Shown: positions 25,412 to 33,822 of the stretch, one piece after another | How positions within the stretch are numbered: the first letter of the stretch is position 1 | How the letters are laid out: each line of letters begins with the position of its first letter | DNA from: a virus | Taxonomy: Duplodnaviria; Caudoviricetes | Virus record (IMG/VR): IMGVR_UViG_3300021400_000491 | Span: 1-64,000 of that record | DNA: 64,000 bases | Direction: 5' to 3' (one strand) | Position numbers and translations under genes: made by a program | Notes under the pieces: generated by a model | Database searches by the model: none | What the model was told of the DNA's origin: nothing | Seen by the model: the letters and a program-made list of their open reading frames with translations, nothing else

Positions 25412-25990
25412 ATGGAATTAGACGAATCAAACACCGTTCTATTAAGTCCTTCGTTTTGTAAATTACACGGAATTATTTATTTCTTATTACTTGATAAAGA
25501 AGTAGTTTATGTAGGGCAATCAAAAAATGGACTTTCAAGGGCATTAAGCCATCCAGATATAAAACATGACAGCATTGCTATATATGAATGTGAAATTCCA
25601 GAGTTAGATTATTTTGAAGATTTCTTCATTGCAAAATATCAGCCTGTCTGCAACAAAAAATTTAACGGAGCTTTGTATAAAAAATGCAAGAAAGGGGCTA
25701 GGTATAAAGAAACTGTGACGCTAAACGATAATATGTATTATAAATCTCGCAGGGTTACTTATAACTTAGAGGACAATTCTTTTTATAAAATGATTCAGCA
25801 GATATTAACCCACAGGCAAAAGGACTTTAGATTTATTGCAAATAAACTTTCACTAGAAAAAAAAGATTTTTTAAAAAGAATCGCAGAGCAAAAATTAAAG
25901 ATTTCAGATTTAGAAATGCTTGCAGATGTATTAGACATAGATATAAAAATTTCATTTATTGACCGGGAAACAGGAAAGGCGATTATATGA
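25412..25990 (+). CDS. GIY-YIG nuclease-like domain fused to HTH
   Basis: GIIYFLL..VVYVGQS..SR..H; C-terminal LKISDLEMLADVLD; own promoter TTGAAT(25377)-17-TAAAAT. Confidence 0.7.
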   Translation: MELDESNTVLLSPSFCKLHGIIYFLLLDKEVVYVGQSKNGLSRALSHPDIKHDSIAIYECEIPELDYFEDFFIAKYQPVCNKKFNGALYKKCKKGARYKETVTLNDNMYYKSRRVTYNLEDNSFYKMIQQILTHRQKDFRFIANKLSLEKKDFLKRIAEQKLKISDLEMLADVLDIDIKISFIDRETGKAII

Positions 25991-26265
25991 GCGATTTTGA
26001 TTTCAGTAAGGTTACTTGTGACAATATAAAGTTTATTCCTCAAAAATCACAGGCAGTAAAAGACCTTGAAAAAGAGTACGAAAAGCAGAGTAAATACATC
26101 TTAGATAAGATAAATGAAAAATACTCCGGCTCTATTATGTCTGACAGAATCAAGCTGCAAAGGCGACAGGAACTTATGGGGTTAAAAAGAATGTTTCTTG
26201 ACCCGATTTCGGAAAAAATCACGGAGCTTGCATTGCTTGAAGCAAATCAGCAGGAATACTTCTAA
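25987..26265 (+). CDS. Hypothetical protein
   Basis: ATGA overlap with upstream gene. Confidence 0.6.
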   Translation: MSDFDFSKVTCDNIKFIPQKSQAVKDLEKEYEKQSKYILDKINEKYSGSIMSDRIKLQRRQELMGLKRMFLDPISEKITELALLEANQQEYF

Positions 26266-26403
26266 AGCCCTGTTGTTTATATTCATCTGTACAAATTCAA
26301 TGGCAAAACAACCGAATATATAACCGACTGTGAACTTTTTAATTTTCATGCGTCACGCTCCCTTTCTTCCCGGCATTACGCCGGGAGATTTCAAGATATG
26401 AGT

Positions 26404-27219
26404 TTACTCGCTATCAGCGGTAAACTCGAAAGCGGGCGCAACGCCGCCATCACTATTACTTGCACCGCTGCCGCTGCTATTACCATAGTCGTTGACACGG
26501 CAAAAGTAGGAAGCGTTCGACGCATAAGGCGTACCGAGCCACCACCACCAAGTATCGTTTTCAAAAGCAAGAACTTTTATTCTGTTTTTAATTGCCTTGA
26601 AATACGGCATAAAATCCTTACTGTCCTCATTGAAAACATTGTCTTTTGAGAGCAGGGAAACATTGACTTTTCCTGTGTATTCTTTGAGGGCTTCTGCAAA
26701 GTGTTTGGCAAGGTAGACACCAAGTGGAGTTTCATCAAACGGCATGCCGGATTCTTCATAATCAACATCATGTCTGAAAAGAATATCCTCAAAGTTAAAA
26801 ACTACACGGTGTGGCTCTACATGAACCACTGTAATCACGACATTTTCAAGGTCGATTTTGTCAAATTCTTCACCTTCGCAATCTTTGACGGCTGGAACTT
26901 TGAAATGTGGTATAAGAATCTGCTGACCGGGCTTAATATTCGCATCCGCTACACCTTCATTGCAGCATTTTTTGATTGTTGAAAAAACATCAGTTGTAAA
27001 AATATCCGCAGGTGGAATAGTTTTTACTTCTGGGTGTTCAATCTTTGCAGGATTTGCCGAAGCAGGTTCTGCAATATCAATCTGATAGACATTTCCGCCA
27101 CCAAAGGCGTTTTTCTTTGTGATATTGAGAATTTCAGCTCCCAAATCCTCAATCGACTGTGCAAGTAATGCAACTTTCATATTATTTTCCTCCTTCATAT
27201 AGGATATATTTGTTTTCAA
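26404..27219 (-). CDS. DUF6273-like protein with DGR VR-like C-terminus
   Basis: Ends WWWWLGTPYASNASYFCRVNDYGNSSGSGASNSDGGVAPAF. Confidence 0.7.
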   Translation of the reverse strand: MKTNISYMKEENNMKVALLAQSIEDLGAEILNITKKNAFGGGNVYQIDIAEPASANPAKIEHPEVKTIPPADIFTTDVFSTIKKCCNEGVADANIKPGQQILIPHFKVPAVKDCEGEEFDKIDLENVVITVVHVEPHRVVFNFEDILFRHDVDYEESGMPFDETPLGVYLAKHFAEALKEYTGKVNVSLLSKDNVFNEDSKDFMPYFKAIKNRIKVLAFENDTWWWWLGTPYASNASYFCRVNDYGNSSGSGASNSDGGVAPAFEFTADSE

Positions 27220-27652
27220 TCAGTTCTTTCATGTCGTCTGCCTGCAGAATTACAGGCGTTCTACCGTAAGGAATTGAAACGAACAGGTAGAAATGATGTG
27301 TGTAGGCTGCAGCTCCTTCTTTCGTAAAAGGGGCGTGTTCCCAGACAAGATTTGTTTTCGGAAAAAATGTCTTGATAATTTTTGCTGCTTTTTTGTGGTC
27401 GAACGGCTGAATATAACTTTTGCCGTTTTTCGTAATACCGCAGAAAGTCAAAGACAGGTAATAGCAACTGTTAAGCAAGCGGTTCTTGAAGCCGGATTTA
27501 TCCAGCAAGTTGAAAGTACAGATTACTTTTTCTTCTTGAAAGATAAATGTTGAGCTGTCAGAATTCTGAATGCCGTCAGTGCAGATGTTTTTATTTGCGT
27601 GTTCAATAATCTTTCCAACTGATTTTGAATCACATTTTGGAAATGTTTTCAT
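27182..27652 (-). CDS. Hypothetical protein
   Basis: RBS GAGGTG; first gene of leftward operon. Confidence 0.65.
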   Translation of the reverse strand: MKTFPKCDSKSVGKIIEHANKNICTDGIQNSDSSTFIFQEEKVICTFNLLDKSGFKNRLLNSCYYLSLTFCGITKNGKSYIQPFDHKKAAKIIKTFFPKTNLVWEHAPFTKEGAAAYTHHFYLFVSIPYGRTPVILQADDMKELIENKYILYEGGK

Positions 27653-27666
27653 GGAAACACCTCACC

Positions 27667-27770
27667 AAAAAAGAAGGGCTTTGAAACCGTTTCGTATTCT
27701 GGCAATACTACGCGGCACAAAGCCCTAAGTCTGCATAAAGCAGTTTTGGAAAAGCCAGATAATTCCAAAA
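27667..27770 (-). promoter_or_regulatory. Leader element J2: loop-complementary hairpin/terminator
   Basis: TTTTGGA-ATTATCTGGCTTT-TCCAAAA; CTGC-TTTAT-GCAG; terminator AGGGCTTTG..GTATT-GCCAG-AATAC..CAAAGCCCT-TCTTTTTT. Confidence 0.75.
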
Positions 27771-27789
27771 ATGCCTTATCGTTTTTCTT

Positions 27790-27830
27790 CAAAAAAGAAA
27801 CCCCTTGCAAGCTCTGACCCAAGCAAGGGG
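27790..27830 (-). terminator. First of two tandem leader terminators
   Basis: CCCCTTGC-14 nt-GCAAGGGG-TTTCTTTTTT. Confidence 0.7.
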
Positions 27831-28056
27831 CAGAAGAAAAACCCAACGATAACCTCTAAGAGGCTTGTTGATATTTAGTATAATAATACTTGTAATCGTA
27901 TTATGTCAATGATAAATCGTATTGAAATCGTTATAAAATACTATAAAGTGTAAATAGTCCGAAAAACAGAATAAAAGGACTATAATTTACTGTTTTATAC
28001 TTAATTTTGGTCGAAATATTGAATATTTGCGTAAAATTGACGATAATAGTAGCAGA

Positions 28057-28488
28057 ATGGAAAACTTCAACGATAGATTTGAACGCCTTATAGCCGAAAA
28101 AGGCAAGAATAAGGCTGACATTGCCGATGCCGTTGGTATATCTCGTACAGGTATGTCGTCATGGAAAGACAACGACAGAATACCACGCGCCGATGTCGCT
28201 GTAAAAATTGCAAAGATTCTTGATGTTCCTGTGGACTATCTTGTATTGGGTGAAGATGTCGGATTGAAACCCGGAAACGAAAAATTACCCGGAAGATTGC
28301 AGGAACTTTCGCAGGCTCAACAAGCCGTTGTAAACTCCCTTGTAGATTTATTGAGAGCGCAAACACTCACGCCGGAAGGTGCTTCTGTTGGTACAAGGTG
28401 GCAGATGTTGCCGCCGAACAAACAGCAGATTATCCTTGATATGATGAGCGATATGGAAGCAGCACAAAAGGGAATAGAAAGGGAATAA
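28057..28488 (+). CDS. XRE-family HTH repressor
   Basis: KADIADAVGISRTGMSSWK..IPRADVAVKIAKILDVPVDYLV; likely start ATG 28057. Confidence 0.88.
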   Translation: MENFNDRFERLIAEKGKNKADIADAVGISRTGMSSWKDNDRIPRADVAVKIAKILDVPVDYLVLGEDVGLKPGNEKLPGRLQELSQAQQAVVNSLVDLLRAQTLTPEGASVGTRWQMLPPNKQQIILDMMSDMEAAQKGIERE

Positions 28489-28712
28489 AACAAATTATCT
28501 ATAATTGATTTTACTACAGAATTTTGTAAAATATTAGAAAAAAGAAGATTAAAATTGCTACAAATTGACGGAAATTAAAGGGGAAAGACGGAGACTTCCC
28601 CTCTACGGCAATTTTAGCACATTTTGTTTAATCTATGCAATATAACAAATTAGACAATTTTTAATTCTGTAGAAAAATCACTTTTTGCCGAAAAGAGAAT
28701 AAAAAGGGAATA
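28467..28712. other. Putative attP (arm-type repeats flanking inverted repeats)
   Basis: AAAG(G/A)GAATA at 28467, 28478, 28692, 28703; 17-bp inverted repeat 28507/28663; directly upstream of integrase. Confidence 0.6.
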
Positions 28713-28749
28713 GATTTTTTATTTTTTTTGAATTACGCTAGAGGTGGTT

Positions 28750-29991
28750 ATGAAAAAAGAAAGGCACTTGTTCAAAAGGACTGAAACAAAGAACGGTAGG
28801 AAAGAAACACGGTGGTATTATTGGTTCTATGACGAGAACGGAAAGCAAGTTAAAAAATCATGTGGTCAGCATGGGAAACCCTGTTATCTGAAAAAAGAAG
28901 CGGAAGCCTATTTAGCACTTCTGGAAGAGCAGGACAGAAGGGGAGAAGAAGAGTACAGACTAGCCCGGCAAATCCGGCTCTATGATGTCGGCTCTACTTT
29001 GTATGACGATGATTCGCTTTTTATGAAGCTGAAAGCGGCTCACGGAAAAGCATTGCAGCCGCAAACGATAACACAGAAAAAACGGCTGATGAAAATTATT
29101 CTTGCTGAATTCGGCGAGAGAATCCCGGAAACAATCGAAGAGGGCGAGATTGAGAATTTCTTGATTTCGCTTGAATATAAAAACTCTTACAAGAATACGA
29201 TTCTAGGTGTTTTGCGTGATTTGTTCGGAGAGTGTAAAAGATTACAGCTCGTAAAACATCGGCTTGATGTTGACGGCTTTATCAGAAGTGACAGACAGAA
29301 AAAAGACATTCTGACTATGGAGCAGCTTTCTTTATTGTTCCCGGACGATGTAGAAAAACTTACGGAAAATTGGAGCGTAAAGGGAACTGATAAATACATC
29401 GGTATTGACGGAAAACCTCACGCTTACGGCTTTATGTTCGGTGTAATGTTCCGGCTTATGGCAAGTACAGGATTAAGACCGGGAGAAACAAGAGCAATCT
29501 GCATAGACCAGATACAGGACGGTGGACTTTTCATAAACCGTATGATTGACAGTTACGATGTGGAGCAGCCTTACTTGAAAAAGGGAAGCATAGAGAATCC
29601 GAAGCAAAGAACTGTATTGTTACCGTCAAAAATGGCTGAATTGCTGAATGATTATCTTGAAGTAAGACCGCAATGTAAGAAAAACTACATCTTTTCAAAA
29701 GACGGCGAATTTATCTTGCAGGGGTTGCTTGATACACGATTCAAATATTGCATTAAGAAGCTGGGAATTTATGACGCTTCAAAGGTCATAACACCACACT
29801 CATTGAGATTCACATACAACACTTACACGGTGAATTCTAACCTCATTCCGGCGGAAGTTTTGCGGAAAATGATAGGTCATAACTCGCAGATTATGACGGA
29901 TTACTACACAAGACCAGACCTTGAGGCACAGTTGCAGGGCTTGCAGCCGTACCAAAAAAATGTTGATGAAATCTGGAACAAAGTAAAATAA
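28750..29991 (+). CDS. int: Tyrosine integrase
   Basis: TGLRPGETRA, TPHSLR, KMIGH, MTDYYT catalytic residues. Confidence 0.93.
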   Translation: MKKERHLFKRTETKNGRKETRWYYWFYDENGKQVKKSCGQHGKPCYLKKEAEAYLALLEEQDRRGEEEYRLARQIRLYDVGSTLYDDDSLFMKLKAAHGKALQPQTITQKKRLMKIILAEFGERIPETIEEGEIENFLISLEYKNSYKNTILGVLRDLFGECKRLQLVKHRLDVDGFIRSDRQKKDILTMEQLSLLFPDDVEKLTENWSVKGTDKYIGIDGKPHAYGFMFGVMFRLMASTGLRPGETRAICIDQIQDGGLFINRMIDSYDVEQPYLKKGSIENPKQRTVLLPSKMAELLNDYLEVRPQCKKNYIFSKDGEFILQGLLDTRFKYCIKKLGIYDASKVITPHSLRFTYNTYTVNSNLIPAEVLRKMIGHNSQIMTDYYTRPDLEAQLQGLQPYQKNVDEIWNKVK

Positions 29992-30038
29992 AGACCGCTA
30001 CTATTTTACTTTTTAGCTTGAATGTAAAATAACGCTTG

Positions 30039-30069
30039 AAAGCTCTCTTTTTGGAAGAGGGCTTTTTTT
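30039..30069 (+). terminator. Intrinsic terminator after integrase
   Basis: AAAGCTCTCTT..AAGAGGGCTTT-TTTT. Confidence 0.7.
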
Positions 30070-30194
30070 ATTGTCAAAAGCAATTATGATGTTTCTATAA
30101 TGTAGTCACGATTTCAGCAAGTAAAATCAAGATGTTACTAGATTTAATCAGCGGTCAGTCATTAGTTATTATTGATTTCGTCAGCACTCTATCA

Positions 30195-30300
30195 ATGGCT
30201 AGTCAAGATTTATCATGACAAAATCATGATACTATCATGCAAGATAAGAATAGATTAGATAAGATTAGACTAGAAGAGATAAGAGAAGATGAGATAAATT
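30195..30300 (+). other. Putative replication origin (iteron-like repeats plus AGAT tract)
   Basis: ATCATG x3 at 11-bp period (30212, 30223, 30234), then AGAT(A/T)/AGA repeats; reads QNHDTIMQDKNRLDKIRLEEIRED. Confidence 0.5.
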
Positions 30301-30337
30301 TAAAATACTTACCGCCGTAATTTTTTTCCGGCAAAAA

Positions 30338-30976
30338 TCAGTCGATGTGTTTCAAGACATAGTGAACTCTTCCGACAATTCCTAAACACTGTGAATCCTG
30401 TGGTTCTTCTTTGGTCGGATAAAGCGGATTGTCTGACTTGATGATGAACTTCCCGGAATCTTTATAAACTCGTTTTACATAACCGTCACCGTCACGCATT
30501 ATTGCGTAAAGCCCTTCGCCGCTATAACCGCATGAATCGCAAAGCACCAAGTCACCGCGCCTTAAAGTGGGTTCCATGCTGTCACCGTCCACATAAAGCA
30601 AAGCTAAGTTTTCGCCGAATTGTTTTAAGTATCGCGGCACTTCCATGTAGCCGATTACTTGCGGCTCTTCCTGTAGGTACTGACCGTACCCGGCTGAAAG
30701 TTTTTGATTAAGTACAGGCACAAAGAATTTATCTGTGTCGGAATTTCTGACAACTCGCCTTTCGTTTTCTTCCAGACCGTCAATCAAAAAATCAAAAGAT
30801 ACACCGAAGATTTCAGATAGTTTTTTCAGTTCCGCAATGTTTGGCAGGCTGTTTCTCTGAATTTTGATTTCAAGATTACGCGCTCCATAGCCCAATTTTT
30901 CAGACAATTCTCTTTGAGTGATACCGTTGCTTTTGCAGAGATTTTGTATTCTTTCCCAGAATGAAGTTATTTCCAT
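30338..30976 (-). CDS. cI: CI-like repressor (XRE HTH plus S24 peptidase)
   Basis: ITQRELSEKLG HTH; LSAGYG, VDGDSMEP, YVKR autocleavage motifs. Confidence 0.92.
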   Translation of the reverse strand: MEITSFWERIQNLCKSNGITQRELSEKLGYGARNLEIKIQRNSLPNIAELKKLSEIFGVSFDFLIDGLEENERRVVRNSDTDKFFVPVLNQKLSAGYGQYLQEEPQVIGYMEVPRYLKQFGENLALLYVDGDSMEPTLRRGDLVLCDSCGYSGEGLYAIMRDGDGYVKRVYKDSGKFIIKSDNPLYPTKEEPQDSQCLGIVGRVHYVLKHID

Positions 30977-31130
30977 GCTCAAATTTTCGGCAGAAAACAT
31001 CAAAAAAAGCACTGTTTTTTAAGAAATGTTGTGAAAAAGCACAAAATGGTGTAAAAACTTATTGACTTTAAAATCAAACAGGTGTAAAAACAGAATCAAG
31101 ACAACATCAAAACGATGTAACGACAGAGCC

Positions 31131-31221
31131 ATTAACATTACAGCGCGTTGTTAATTGCTTTGGCAATTTGGGGAAACCCGGAAAGCCTGTTGGTTTGCGC
31201 TGAAACTGACAGGCTTTTTTT
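31131..31221 (+). promoter_or_regulatory. Leader element C: loop-complementary hairpin/terminator
   Basis: ATTAACA-TTACAGCGCGT-TGTTAAT; AATTGC-TTTG-GCAATT; GGG-GAAA-CCC; 15-bp terminator with loop GCGCTG plus T7. Confidence 0.85.
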
Positions 31222-31241
31222 GTTGCAGGGGGATTGAAGGT

Positions 31242-31454
31242 ATGACAGACGCTAGAAAAGATGCGGTGTTGGCACTGACCGAGCAGATTTTGCGTGAAGC
31301 TGATGACGAGTTTAAGGGCATGGCTATTCATAAGGTCGGGGATATGTACGACAGCGTAGATATTTTCAAGGGCGTGGGCAAGATAAATGTCCGTATTGCC
31401 GGAGATAGCCCTCTTGCAATCTTCAAGGATATAGCAAGGGCGATACCTTGTTAA
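31242..31454 (+). CDS. Hypothetical protein, first gene right of cI
   Basis: ATG 31242 after GGGGG/GAAGG. Confidence 0.65.
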   Translation: MTDARKDAVLALTEQILREADDEFKGMAIHKVGDMYDSVDIFKGVGKINVRIAGDSPLAIFKDIARAIPC

Positions 31455-31461
31455 AAATATG

Positions 31462-31558
31462 GCGCGTGTAAGCCGCTAAAGGTTAAGCGGTGTATGTTCT
31501 TTTTTCAAAAGTTTTTCCGAAAGTAAATAACTTGCAGGTTCAAATCCTGTCACGCGCA
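31462..31558 (+). tRNA. Degenerate tRNA-like element (possible TTC anticodon; irregular D and anticodon arms)
   Basis: Acceptor GCGCGTG/CACGCGC plus A; T-arm GCAGG-TTCAAAT-CCTGT; D-like CCGCT-AAAGGTTA-AGCGG; no encoded CCA. Confidence 0.4.
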
Positions 31559-31826
31559 AGAGGAGTTGCTGGAAACAGGGCGCAAAGAGTACGCAGAGGG
31601 TGTGAGTAGAGTATGCGAAGGGTATGCGAAAAGAATAACAAAGGGGCTGTAGAGTTGCTCAAAGGCTACAGTGAGTATGTTATCCCGGACAAGCGAGGAA
31701 AAAATCTAATCCTTGCCACGCGCTCGCAGCGGAGTTTTCGGTGTAGGTAGTGTTTTGTCTGTTCAAGAGATGTAGAGTGCCAGACCGCAGCAATGCGTTA
31801 ATTGCAAAAAAAACAGGAGAAGAAGA

Positions 31827-32627
31827 ATGACCAACGAGAACATTTTAGAGAACTTGAAAAAACTGTATCAGTGCAAGACCGAATTCACGGTAACGCAGAC
31901 AGGAAAGCAGAGCAAAAAAGTAAACGGATTTTATAAGCCGCTGACACATGAAATATTCTTGCATAACAAAAACTTCAAATCCGACAACGCCTTAATGTTC
32001 ACGGCGATTCACGAGCTTACGCACCATATCCAGAATGAAAACGGCGTGAAAGCCGCAAGAGCGCACAACAACGCTTTTTGGAGTACATTCTACAACCTTC
32101 TTGATGAAGCTGAAAGAATCGGCATTTATTCACGCGAACGAAGCGAAAGCGTAGCGGCAAAAGCAAAAGAACTTACAGACATTCAAAAACAGATTATCGA
32201 ATTGCAGAAAAAACAGGGAAAACTTCTTGCCGAACTTCACAGGGAATGTGAAGAGCAAGGCGACAGATACGAAGATGTGCTTGAACATGATTTGCAGATT
32301 TCCAGAAACAAGGCAAAAGAATTACAGAAACAGGCTTATTTGACATCTGATGTTTCTGATGAAATGTCAAAGGCAATCAATTCAGCAAAAGACGCAATGA
32401 TGAAAAACGCAGCAATACAGGCGGCTGACAGCGGGGCAACCGTTGAGCAGGTAAAGGCGATTGCAAAAGACACGGCGAAAAAAACTAAGCCTGCAGACGA
32501 TGGACTTGATTCACCTTCAAGCCTTATGCGCGAAAAGAAGCGTATTGAAAAAACAATCGAGCAGTTACAAGACAGACTTGTAAACATTGACGAACAGCTT
32601 ATAAGCATGGGGGTAGATGATGATTGA
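31827..32627 (+). CDS. Zincin (SprT-like) metallopeptidase-domain protein with coiled coil
   Basis: AIHELTHH and AH...F motifs. Confidence 0.65.
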   Translation: MTNENILENLKKLYQCKTEFTVTQTGKQSKKVNGFYKPLTHEIFLHNKNFKSDNALMFTAIHELTHHIQNENGVKAARAHNNAFWSTFYNLLDEAERIGIYSRERSESVAAKAKELTDIQKQIIELQKKQGKLLAELHRECEEQGDRYEDVLEHDLQISRNKAKELQKQAYLTSDVSDEMSKAINSAKDAMMKNAAIQAADSGATVEQVKAIAKDTAKKTKPADDGLDSPSSLMREKKRIEKTIEQLQDRLVNIDEQLISMGVDDD

Positions 32628-32853
32628 CGGTAACGAAATCAAGCTGAATACCACCCAGCAGAGAGTTTTTAATTACATCATGGATTTTGGGTCAATCACG
32701 ACACTTGAAGCGTGTGTGGATTTAGGCGAAACAAGGCTTTCAGCACGGATTTTTGAGCTGAAAAGCAAGGGTGTGAATATTTCAAGTGATTGGATTGAAG
32801 TCCAGAACAGGTACAAGGAAAAACGCCATGTAAAGCGATATTACATCGGCTAA
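32617..32853 (+). CDS. Winged HTH protein (HTH_39-like)
   Basis: GSITTLEA..LG.TRLSARIFELKSKG..I. Confidence 0.8.
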   Translation: MMIDGNEIKLNTTQQRVFNYIMDFGSITTLEACVDLGETRLSARIFELKSKGVNISSDWIEVQNRYKEKRHVKRYYIG

Positions 32854-32877
32854 AAATAAACAAAAAGGAGTTCTGAA

Positions 32878-33795
32878 ATGGAATTGTTCGGAAAAGAAAT
32901 CAAGAAGAAGCACATTATCACATCAATCGTGATTTTGCTTGCTCTTGTAGTAGGTATCAACTCATGCTCAACCGTAAAACAGCGTGAGCGCGGAGTTGAA
33001 TATGTTTTCGGTAAAGTAAAAGGCGATGTTATCAAGCCGGGCTTGAAATTCCATGCGCCATTTATCGCAAATGTAACAAAGTATTCAATCGCGCCAAAAA
33101 CTTTTGAAGCTACTTTTGCAGTCGGAAATGACGGAGCAATTACCCGCGATATGCAGACGGTCGGAACGACTGTAAATGTCAAATATGCTTATGACGAATC
33201 GCGCATTATGGATATTGCCACAAGATACGGCGATAGTGTGATTGAATCTGCAATGAAATCAAATATTATCGCAAGCGTTAAGGAAGTCGTAGGCTGCTAT
33301 TCGATTTATGAACTTGTAGAAAAACAGCCGGAAGTTACAAGCCGTGTTTCTGAATCCATTTTAGCAAGAATGGTCGATTATCCTATCACAATTTCACAGA
33401 CAACTATCACAAATTGGGATTGGTCAGATGATTTTGACCGCCAGATTAAAGAAACGGCAAATCGTACACAGCAGGTAAAACAGGCGGAGCAGGAAGCAAA
33501 TATTGCCGCCGCAAACGCGCAGAAACTTGTCAAAGAAGCCGAAGCAAAAAAACAGGCTATTCAGCTTGAAGCAGAAGCCGCATTGATTAAGGCACAGAAT
33601 GAAGCCAAAGCAAAACAGGCTGAGGCTGACGGTATCGCATATTATAACGCAAAAATTGCACAGAACATGACTATTCAACAGCAGCAATGGAAACATGAGG
33701 AACAAATGGCATATTACGACAAGTGGAACGGAATCCTTGTATCGCAGTACATACCTCTTACGGCTGCAGGCGGAATTGTCAATCTCTCTAAATAA
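32878..33795 (+). CDS. SPFH/Band7/prohibitin-family protein
   Basis: N-terminal TM; ERGVEYVFGKV..PGLKFHAPF; DDF...I; C-terminal KWNG. Confidence 0.9.
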   Translation: MELFGKEIKKKHIITSIVILLALVVGINSCSTVKQRERGVEYVFGKVKGDVIKPGLKFHAPFIANVTKYSIAPKTFEATFAVGNDGAITRDMQTVGTTVNVKYAYDESRIMDIATRYGDSVIESAMKSNIIASVKEVVGCYSIYELVEKQPEVTSRVSESILARMVDYPITISQTTITNWDWSDDFDRQIKETANRTQQVKQAEQEANIAAANAQKLVKEAEAKKQAIQLEAEAALIKAQNEAKAKQAEADGIAYYNAKIAQNMTIQQQQWKHEEQMAYYDKWNGILVSQYIPLTAAGGIVNLSK

Positions 33796-33822
33796 CTATC
33801 GGGCAAAAAGTGAGGTGGGAAA

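Noticed and set aside
31612-31749. 45-codon ORF downstream of the tRNA-like element
   Set aside because: No convincing RBS or motif; region left as non-coding.
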